A stretch of DNA of 64,000 bases from Antedon mediterranea (lineage: Eukaryota; Animalia; Echinodermata), in contig NC_092675.1 in assembly GCF_964355755.1 (NCBI RefSeq), positions 5,203,812 to 5,267,811 on the forward strand. Reading direction: 5' to 3'. Below the pieces are notes generated by a model. The model searched no databases and was not told where the DNA came from. It saw only the letters and a program-made list of their open reading frames with translations. Within the stretch, counting starts at the first letter, position 1. Each line of letters begins with the position of its first letter. Both the position numbers and the translations under genes were made by a program. Below, one piece after another: positions 53,787 to 64,000 of the stretch.

Positions 53787-56145
53787 GTAAGATGAAAACG
53801 GACCGTTAGTTAGGCCTCCCGCAATCACTGGTGAATGGACTGCACACGCCCAACCCGGCCACCCGATCAATAAAACTTACCAGGCCTAGGGAAATCCGTC
53901 ATGTTAGTTTAGCCTAGAGAGAGAGGGAGAAAAAAAACCCTAAAAACATCAATTAATGAAATGAATAATTAACCATTCAATTATTTTAAATAAAATATTA
54001 TTGTTTTTACTTTAATTTTAATTAAATTAAATGATTAAATGTAAGTTAGCCTACTACTAGCTAGGCTAGGCCTAGCTATCATTTTCGGTAGGACTTGCTA
54101 CATACAGGTAGGCCTGCATACTGCAGAGCCCCTAATAAACAATGTATAATTATTTTGTTTAGGTTGCAATAAAGTAATTTTTTATTCAATTTTGGAGCAC
54201 CATATTTGTTCAAATTTGCCATTATTATTGACATTTTAACACCAGCAGTGTCTCTTAATTAATTTTTAACAATAAGACACAAGAGGATAAATGCTAGTAT
54301 TAGGTGTTGCTAGATGTTCGAAAATACAATTATTTGTGTTTGTCGTCATTATATTTCAATATGCTGTATACTTTTACACTTTTTGTCATTTTTTAGTCCA
54401 TGTATCTTTTTAATCGGATTTGCTGACAACCGACATTTCTTTTTTTTTATGAAGACAAATAAAGTTTCTTGTATTGTTTTCTTAAAACTTAAGAATTCAT
54501 TTTATGTTCCAATGAGAGAAGTAGGATGTTAAGATTTGGTTTGAACCAGGGTTTGAATATTCAATCGATTAAAAAAAAGTACAGTAAATAAGTACAGTAA
54601 AGTAGTATAGTAATATAGTATAGGTTGGAAAAATTTGGATTAGATTGTATAAAATAACCTCTGAAAATAGGCACCTTGTAGAGTTTAGACAGGAGACAAA
54701 GAAAACATGTACCAAACATATTTTTTTTATTATTACTCAGACCTCTCAACTAGGAAAAATTAAATAGCGGTTTTATGAAATTATATAAAGCGCTATAATA
54801 ATCACATTAAACCATAGTGAGTTCTACTGTATGGAAAATCTTTATTTTAAGTTACAATATTGGTATGTCAGGTGGAATGACCTATTATTCAAAGCAAAAA
54901 TTCATTATAAACATCCAGCTATCCAAGCTGCCTTTGTTTTTTAAAAAATGAAAACTAAGAAATAATTTTTTTTATACCAGTTCACACTTTAACAAGTTTT
55001 TTTTTTGTTGGCCTAATTGTATTTTTTCTATTCTCCTATCAATACCTAGAGTGGTAGAAAAATTATGAATTGAATACATTTGGAGATTTTTTTGTTTATT
55101 CAAAATATCTGTAAAAATTGCATTTTAGCAGGAGGGCTGGAGATGACTCACAAATAAGCCTGTATGTTTTTTTAAAGGTAACCATGGAATAGCAATATCT
55201 TAAACAAAATACTGTATCAATCTGGAGCTTCCTGCTAGAGTAGAAACAAATTGAGCCTATTTCAGAGATGATTGCTTGATACGAAAAAAAATATTTTTCT
55301 ATTGTTCTGCTAGCTTGTTAATATCCTGGATTCAGTTGGACCAAATTGTAAATCTCTTTTTTTCTGTAAAAGTGAATAACTATCAGTATTAAATGACCTA
55401 TTTAAAGTTTTATTTATTCATATTCATTTTTCATGTTTTGGAGAACAGTTTATTCTGTGATTAATTTTTTTTATTTGAAAATTAATCATTTACTGTACAC
55501 TATGAGCAAAAATCTTTTTTTTTAAATAAAATTTACCAAGAAATGATTTAGAGGGCAAAATAGTCTTATTATCATTCTTTCCTATTTTCTACATAATTTT
55601 AGTTTACTATAAATTTAGATTATTTTCCTATACAATTTGTATTCCCAATTTGGCAATGAAGCGTTTAATGTGTTATCAAATCTATAGAAGATACAGTACC
55701 GTAGTCTCTGACGTATACAAATTAATCAGATCCCAATGAGCTTGCATGTCATCTTAAAAGCCACACTCTCACTGGCTGTGTACGAGATACATGTTTTAAG
55801 CTGTTATGAACAGATATTTATATGCAAATTATTGGATAAATTATAGCAGTCTCTAGTGTCGGTTTATTTAAACGTTGGCATCATTTATTCCTCGTGGTCG
55901 TCAATAAGTTCTCCGAGTATAATCATCTATTGACATATTGCTCATTGCATATTTACAATACTGGCATGGTACAGTATCAAGACAAAAAAAACTGGTGATC
56001 TTTACCTGCGAGGAGGCTAACACAGCAACAATTTAATTACAAGGTTTCCCAACAGCAGTTAGAAGAAGATGACGTATTGAGCCTAAGCATTAACAAGATA
56101 GATAAGGGAGTGTTTTATGCTGCATCTGTAAAAATCATTTTTACA

Positions 56146-56290
56146 ATGGCAAATGATACAATTTATCTGTGTAATTTCCGTGTGTCTGTGGATGGGGAAT
56201 GGTTATGCCTTAGGGAGCTTTCCGACGTATCTGTTGCCCAGCAGAATTCTAGTACAGAGGAAGGGGCTGAATCAGACCAGGAAACAGATG
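56146..56290 (+). CDS. RUFY2: RUFY alternative first exon 1b (RUFY3-like N-terminus)
   Basis: MANDTIYLCNFRVSVDGEWLCLRELSDVS matches vertebrate RUFY3 METIYLCKFRVSMDGEWLCLRELDDIS. Donor G|gtaggt, phase 1. Confidence 0.9.
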
Positions 56291-59200
56291 GTAGGTTTAA
56301 ATACAATAATATAATTGTTAACAATATGATGTCATTTTCAAGGGGTGTGTATATTGTACTTTACTTTTAAAATGGTCAAAGGTCAACATTAAAATTCCCA
56401 TGATATGATTATAAAAAAATCAAAATGGTGATGCACATTTTAATATCTTTGCATTTAAATTTTGTTAATTTTTCTTGCAGTTACTAAATGCATCTAGACC
56501 TAAATTGATGCAAAACATTGATTAGAAAATATGTCAAAATATCAATTAAAAAATATATATATAAAATGGTGCACCACCAATAAAACTCTCATACGGTCTT
56601 TCATGATGACACAGATAAAATCACATTTATCAATATTAATAAATAAATTACATAGTATGTTAATTTACTTTAATTCATAGAGTAAACAATATTCATAATT
56701 CGGACTTGATAACATGCTAATGTTGTTAATGGTTTTACACAATCATGTACAGTATGGCCGACATTCATGTTGAAGTAATTAATGCTGTGAAACATACACT
56801 TAACTGCAAATGTCGTAGAAATGGTCACATGACAGATGAGGTTTCTCTTAAATTTCTTTCATTTTGAATACTTCAATGCAGAGTATTAATTTTTTTTATT
56901 GTATTGCTTTACCATTGATAGAAACTAATAAATGTTGAATTATTATTTAATAAGACAACAAAAACTTATAGTATCATTCAGAACTTTTAGATACTTAAAA
57001 AAATCATAATGTTCTTGACTTTTTCAATATTGCAACAGCGATATTCACCTATTAATATTATGTTAATTATCTATTTAATTTTAATAATACAGTAGTAATA
57101 CATAGATTGGTACTTTAGGTGCCTGTCCAGACCTACTAGAGAGTTATGCTTTCGTATTGTGTGCGGCATACAAATCTATATGTCTGAACCAGGGGGAAAA
57201 GTGGATGCCACCTGTGATGACACTGACTTTCGTTCGTTACGACAGCTCAAGGTACAAGTTTGCGATGCTTACGATTTTGACCTTCTACCAATCAAATTTA
57301 CCCATTGCATGCCGGATGTTCTCCCCAAATCTGCGAATATGAACACTTGCTATTACGATATAAATAACGTGACCTCTCCTGCTTACAAAAGTATAAAAAA
57401 CTCCACATAAACTCCATAAATCTGAACATACTCTTAGCAGGGAATTACACTCTTCCCTACTCTACTCATAGTAACTACTGTAACATACTAATGAACAAAA
57501 TTAGATAATGTCTATGTAAACATTCTACTTCATTGAATCTTCGCATTGCATGGTGATAAATTACATTACTATTGCAGACTCACGGCATACTGTAATGCTT
57601 CCATCTACTCAAGTCAAGTACATTTTAAATTATTAACTTGAATTGCATTAAACCTGATTATTATAGCACTACACGCATGTTAAATCATAAGTATCTTGGG
57701 AAAAATAAACTACTTTTAATAAAATGTTATCCCGTGCCATCATTGAACTCTGAAATAACCAAAAGAGGAAGTCATTGCAATGGTGATCAACCATCAATTA
57801 GTGTATTTCTTCCTATTGTTCCTTCTTGATCCATGGTTACTGTAAGCATAATAATTTGTGACATGTAAATTGTACATGGTTTTTTTCTTATTTCCAGAAA
57901 GTACAAATAGCAAGTCAATGAGTATGATTGATTTTTTTTTATATTGTTCAATGTTAAATACAATAATATTTCAATTAATATCATACAACCTATCAAAATG
58001 CTTATACTGAATAATAATAATAATAATAATAATAACGCTGTGGACTAAGATTGTTACACCTTTTCATTCTTCTCCCCTTAATTCGCATTCTAGTATATTA
58101 GAGTCCAATATAGTAATTAGTGTGTATATGTTATAGGGGTTTTATGCCATATACAGTACTGTAATATTATCATATGCATAATAATACAGCTCCCTGCTAT
58201 GATATTAGTTCAGTATAGTGATGATTGAATTTAGAAAGATACTGTAAATTATTAGATAGTGATTTGTATGTGTATCTGGGGTTCAAACCATTTCCATCTA
58301 TAAAGATGATATAAAATGATAGGGGATTTTTAATACAGTTTATGTACCAGATTACCCATGCACTTGTTATAATTCTGCATCCTACAGTGTTTTATAGGAT
58401 GTTGCACTATGTACAATGTGTTCAATGATAAGTGTTTTCACAATGATGACAAATATTGTTTCAATTTAATTCACAGGCAGGTAGGCTACATCTAATTAAA
58501 AGACTTGTTGAAGTCTCCCACATCAGACAGATGATTGTGCATTCTGGTTTAACCTACCTTGTTCATTGTTTTAAAAATGTATTACATACAAAATATTTTC
58601 TTCTCCAAAGAAGGTCATCAATAACAATTGCTTATATTTACATATTGTTGGAATGCATTTTTAGACTTCAATTCGGTTGCCCAGCAAATAAAAGGGGAAG
58701 GAGGATGTGTTTTTCCATGTCCCTCTTTCTCTAAATATAATATAACTTGCCATCTCTGACACGGTCATCAGCATATTGTGTTAATACAGTAGTTACTGTA
58801 GTAGTAGCAGCAGGTAATTCTTCTTCAACCAAGATACAGTACATAGTAATTAATGTTTCAAAGGAGAAGATAGCTGCAGATACATGATCAAATATATATC
58901 CTTTCGTAATATTTAATTAACACCATCCTAACCATAAATTGTCAGCGCGTCACAACAGTACTTTTTGCATCGCATACAGGAACGGAAACAAGGGTTAATT
59001 AATAATCTGTTGAAAATAAATATCAAATTGTGGTTTGTACAGTAATATCCCTGGATCTTCCCTCGTATAAAATATCATTGTATTACCTTTTTATTAAATG
59101 AAAATAAAATATAGATTTTTTAGTGGATGGATAGGAATAAATCTTTCAGAGATTTGTCCAATTAGCCTGAGTTCAAAATATAAAAATGTAAGGCCTAAAC

Positions 59201-59575
59201 CCAAAAAAACTGTTTGAAATCCAGAATCTCAAAATGGTGCATACATTTAAATAAGCAATTTTTAAAATTAAGATTTACTGCTGCTACCGTACATCATGTG
59301 TGGAATTAGTACATTAGTTTTGAGAGGCCATGGTAATGTTTCCTACAAACCCCTTTATGCATTATTCATTGATGATCTTGTATTTCATTTTATATTACAC
59401 ATATAATTAATTTCATTACTGAACCATGTTGCAGTCGGAATCAATTTCCTATCACTTTCTTATACTTAATATCCTGGAAAAATAAATACTCAGTCTAAGA
59501 CAAAAAAAATGATGTTACTCTAAATCACCCGTAGATATGATATCACATTTCACATTTCCTGTTTTGTGTATTTAA

Positions 59576-59932
59576 ATCACCGATAAAGGGCTAGTATTGC
59601 CCGAAAGCTTCCCTTATTTTTCTGGCTGTTTTACTTTATTGTTTTGATTTACCTTTTTGCTTATTTTTTTTTGTATCTCCATTGAGATCCAGCCACTGAT
59701 ACCCAAAACATTGTCATTTGGTATCGCCATTGAGATCCAGCCACTGATACCCAAAACATTGTCATTTGTATCTCCATTGAGATCCAGCCACTGATACCCA
59801 CAGCATTGTCATTTTGTATCGCCATTGAGATCCAGCCACTGATACCCACAGCATTGTCATTTTGTATCGCCATTGAGATCCAGCCACTGATACCCAAAAC
59901 ATTGTCATTTTTTCAGTAATCTGCCTTTGGAT
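59576..59932 (+). repeat. Dispersed Penelope-like repeat with an internal 47-48-bp unit amplified 5 times
   Basis: Unit gtatc(t/g)ccattgagatccagccactgataccca(c/a)a(g/a)cattgtcattt starts at 59673, 59721, 59768, 59816 and 59864. The whole element is the reverse complement of 61-200. Confidence 0.85.
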
Positions 59933-60674
59933 AAATATATTTTTTGTTAAATATTTTATATTTTCTGTATTGTGCTTTCATTTAAAGCCATGTTTAATTT
60001 ACAATCAAAGGTAAAGTTAATTTACAAAATAGTATATATGTACCCGTATTGTAGTTAATATTCATGTGTCAACCTCGGTTAATGCAAGTAATGGCAAGCT
60101 TGACATGTATGTCGCAGTCCTAAAAAACACTATCATGATTTAATTAACCAGTTTGCCAAAGTGCATAGAGAAAACTGTCATACGTACGGCAAGAACATGT
60201 GGGATTAAACCAAAGATGAATTCTGTATCTGTACATTTAATTTGTGAAGTGTAATTCCAATACAAACCTGTACAGGGGTCAGGTCAAACTTCCTTAGAAA
60301 GTCAATGAGTTTTTTTTTTCAAAGTCTATTTCTGTAATAAGTAAATAAATAAGAACTGGTTTGATAAATAAACCTTATCTGTCTTGATTTAAGCAAAATA
60401 TTAATAAATGTCCAGATTTTTTGACTACATTATATATTATGCTAATGAACACAGTTTGTTATACAAATAATTAACTAATCAAATTGCAAGTATAAACTCA
60501 GGTGTGTATGTTCAAAAAGTGGGATTGTTTTTTGATTGTATTGTTTGTTTTTGAGAATGCTTTTTTAACTTCTGACTTCTTTCATTTGCTTTGATCTCCC
60601 ATTTAGATAACATACATTTCTGTAGCCTGACTCACTAAATATATTTTTTGACCTTAAATAATTTTCATTCGTAG

Positions 60675-60857
60675 ATGACAGTGTCCTTAAAAACCCAGTG
60701 CTTGTAGAACGAGCTAACCTGCTCAACATTGCTAAGCTGTGCATCAAGGCACTTATAGAGTCAGCGCTAGAAGAAGGACGAATCTTGGATGATGAACATA
60801 TACCACTTCAGCAATTCTTTGTGGTTATGGAGCACATTTTGGCACATGGACTGAAAG
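60675..60857 (+). CDS. RUFY2: RUFY exon, start of the RUN region
   Basis: cgtag|AT, then [21 protein letters not shown]...[18 protein letters not shown], the RUFY signature. Donor G|gtaatg. Confidence 0.96.
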
Positions 60858-61647
60858 GTAATGTTTACTGCAGGATTTACTAACTATACTGTAGCTACAG
60901 AAGAAGCATACTGTACAAGGTTTGATTGAACCTAGTAGAGGTTGAACAATTTTTTTGGCTGGTTACAACAGTACTACATCCTTATTTTAGTAGTATGATT
61001 ACAGTACAGTTTCAATGTCATTTCCTTCCCTACCAATACCAATGGTATTTATGCTCCATTTACTAAAAAATAAATGTTTTTTCCAATTAATGTGGATGTC
61101 TGTCCACCTGTCTGCTTGTTAAATATATTGTGGTAAATATTAAATGTGTTATATCCTGCTTGGACCACACATTATGGAATCTTGTCAATGCTGTTGGTGA
61201 ATTGGCAGTGTATGTGTGGTCAGAAATCATTAGGCTTAAACTGATGATATTTAATTACATGTGTCTGACAAGGTATAGCAATAAAAAGCAGTGCACTGTA
61301 GAAAATACTGTTACAAATGAGGGGGTAAGAGGTTAATTTAGTTGAGAGCTAGAGGTGGGAACTGATTAAGTATCAGTTGAATTCTCTTTAAAAATTCCAC
61401 ACAAGTTTGTAAACCATAGTTTGTAAACTATCTCTCAACACTCGAAATCCTGAAAAAATGACCTAGTTCATGAAATCCTCCAACCATCACCCAAGCCTAC
61501 TTTCAAAAGCAAATAATACTAATGTCATTGTGATCGCAAATGGGTATGTTATATTTTAAAATGTAGTAATTTTATACATTGAGCTATACTTTAAATTACA
61601 ACAATGCACCAGACCAACTCTGTATACTTTCATTAAATACTTTTTAG

Positions 61648-61765
61648 GAAAAAAGTTTGTTCTAGAAAAGAAGAAGGAGTTTTGGAGCGCATTAGAAGCA
61701 GTTGAAAAGATAATGCCAGAAGCTAAGGATATTACAGATAGTGTCAGAAATCTACCAGGATTAAA
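61648..61765 (+). CDS. RUFY2: RUFY exon (RUN domain)
   Basis: tttag|GA, then KKFVLEKKKEFWSALEAVEKIMPEAKDITDSVRNLPGLK. Donor AA|gtaagt. Confidence 0.95.
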
Positions 61766-62094
61766 GTAAGTATGAATAGAATCGTGAATATTCATCTGTC
61801 CTGGTAATATAAGTTATTCAGTTTAAACTTTATTTTGTATTAAATTTAAGTATGAATATTATTGCATACTGGAAAAAAGATAAAGGAGGTAGAACGTACT
61901 GTATGATACCAATCAGAATTAAAATTTTGTTTTCTTTTTTGTATTTCCTATAATATTATGTTTTGTGTCATTATTTGAATAAATATTTAATAAATTAAAA
62001 TATTTTTCTTTTTAAATAAAAGCAAAGAGCAATCAATTTAAGTACCATTGATTAATCTTGCTGTTTCCTGTGTCTTGTTCATTGATTTTTTTAG

Positions 62095-62196
62095 GACAAA
62101 TATCGGTCGTAGTCGAGCATGGTTGAGACTAGCACTCATGCAGAAGAAACTATCCGATTATTTCCGAGCACTGATTGAACGGAAGGACATACTCGG
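62095..62196 (+). CDS. RUFY2: RUFY exon (RUN domain)
   Basis: tttag|G, then [33 protein letters not shown]. Donor GG|gtaaat. Confidence 0.96.
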
Positions 62197-62910
62197 GTAA
62201 ATAATCACTGACTGTTAAACACAATTTTAATCATGTTTCTATTCAGTTTATCACAATTTCTTAAATAAAACAAAACAACAGTTTTTTTTAACATTTACAG
62301 ATAATTGTAAACATTAATCAGAATTAAAAATAAAAAACAGGATATCACTGATGTGTTTTTCTGTCGCGATTTCACGCAATTCACTCTTCACACTCAAAAC
62401 CGGTTACAACTTTTAACAAGTTGTTATTATTTGAAAAATAGGTTAAACGATAACAGTTGCATGAAAGTATCAAAAATGTTTTAAAGAGTATTGAGATTGA
62501 AGTTGTGTTGTTGTTTATCTTCGTCAACCATCAAGTAGTGGCAATCATTAATAAATCTTTTCATATTAAACGCTTTTAATTTACCTGCAATATGTTCAGG
62601 TCACAACCTGTAAATGCCATATTGCATTTTGATTTGTTCATTGATTTAATTGCCTCAAACCATTAGAAATATTAACTTCAAAATGACCGACATAATATTA
62701 ATACTGAATGCATTCAAAAAGGATTTAAATATCGTAACTTATAAAGTTGCTGATAATGATTGACATCACATTTATTTATTTCATACGCATCCAACAGCGA
62801 GTGACTTGCCAATTACAGGATGGATAAACTATTTGATACTTTATCATACTTATAAACTAAGTTTCATTTGAGGCTTATGGAGTTGTTGAAAGAGTTGTGA
62901 GTTACAACCC

Positions 62911-62984
62911 TGGCACTAGGTTGGGATTAAAACCTGGGCCATGGGATTGGAAGGCAAGCACGTTAACCACCAAGCTACAGCTCC
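62911..62984 (-). mobile_element. tRNA-like SINE head, degenerate, in a RUFY intron
   Basis: Minus strand GGAGCTGTAGCTTGGTGGTTAACGTGCTTGCC...CCAGGTTTTAATCCC shows A-box-like and degenerate B-box-like motifs. Confidence 0.55.
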
Positions 62985-63214
62985 ACTGCTAGATAATTTG
63001 AATAAAGTTTTTGTATTTTGACCAATTACAAAAACATAATTATACAATTAATGTTTGTTAGTTGAATGGTGAGGCAGTCACTGCAGTAAAAATTGCAGTA
63101 ACTGCAGTACAATCATTTTGACATTGTTCCTTATGCCTGTAGCAATTACTAGATTGAAGCGCTTATAAAAGATGGTGTCTATAGACTATCTAACCCGTCA
63201 CATTTATTTTGTAG

Positions 63215-63412
63215 TGAATTCTATGACCCTGGAGCTGCATTGATGGAAGAGGAAGCAACTGTCATTGCAGGACTTCTAGTGGGCTTGAATGTTATTGATT
63301 GTAACTTGTACTTAAAAGGAGATGATTTGGATTCGGCTCCATCAGTTCTTGATATCAGTGTTTTTATGAAAGACGGAAACTATTTGGAGAAACCGGAAGA
63401 GGCTGGTGCTGG
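63215..63412 (+). CDS. RUFY2: RUFY exon (end of RUN domain)
   Basis: tgtag|T, then [40 protein letters not shown]...FMKDGNY. Donor GG|gtatgc (phase 2). Confidence 0.93.
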
Positions 63413-63946
63413 GTATGCAACTTGTAACAAATTATACTACTGTACTTGCAGCTAAATTACGTTACAAATTTGAGTTTGTTTTATTTAAATTGCCCATGCT
63501 AATAGACTGCCTGGGTTAAGGCTGATAAGAGTTAAGGCTTGTTAATTTAGGAATAAAGTTGAATTTAACCTTCTCCAGTTTTCCTATACTTTATACCACA
63601 TAAACTACCTAAAATACATAGTATTGCCTACACACACATACACGGATACAATGTTGTATTCAAAATTCTTCCAAAGTTCATTGGTAGTCTAACATGACTA
63701 CTGTACATAGTAGCATAGGTAATGCACTATGTTGGCTTTTTAACCATGTGACTAGGCGACTTATTTTTATGTTCTACAATTTTTTTCAGCTGTTTAACTG
63801 ATGTGGAGTTGGACCATCCCTGAGTTCATCTCCTTTATTTCATTTATTTCAGTTCAATGGGTTGTGACGGTGGATTATCCCGGAGTTCATTTTCAACCCT
63901 ATCACTGCTATGGCCTGTTTTTATTTCCTTCTAAAATTCATTTCAG

Positions 63947-64000
63947 CTGTTCGACGGATGGTGGAGGTGGCCCATCCCAGAATTCAGATCTATCTTCTAT
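63947..64000 (+). CDS. RUFY2: RUFY next exon (partial, cut by the window edge)
   Basis: tttcag|C gives a phase-2 open frame CSTDGGGGPSQNSDLSS(I/M). This is the position expected just before the RUFY ILDQKNY motif. Confidence 0.65.
   Translation, partial: MFDGWWRWPIPEFRSIFY

Noticed and set aside
59661-59897. 78-aa repetitive ORF
   Set aside because: It is a translation of the 48-bp tandem repeat.

Overview
AT-rich eukaryotic genomic DNA with GT-AG introns. It is probably an invertebrate deuterostome such as an echinoderm; this is inferred from vertebrate-like proteins and a DeuSINE-like element. Three spliced genes could be reconstructed by hand. (1) NDNF (+): three coding exons at 20880-22943, about 560 aa. 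(2) LAMTOR3/MP1 (-): six coding exons at 48596-53135, about 127 aa, almost invisible in the ORF track. (3) A RUFY1/2/3-family gene (+): from 53624, running off the window end, with two apparent alternative first exons. LAMTOR3 and RUFY lie head-to-head about 490 bp apart. The rest contains a degenerate tRNA-Val(AAC) inside a duplicated MITE block, a 5'-truncated L1/Tx1-type LINE, a tRNA-derived Deu/Nin-type SINE, several MITE and Helentron-like families, three minisatellites and a Penelope-like repeat carrying a hammerhead-ribozyme core. No prokaryote-type system (CRISPR, operon) is present. The most interesting leads are the LAMTOR3-RUFY divergent pair, triplicated splice acceptors in RUFY, the hammerhead repeat, and an apparent CpG/methylation boundary. 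All homology calls are from memory, not database searches.
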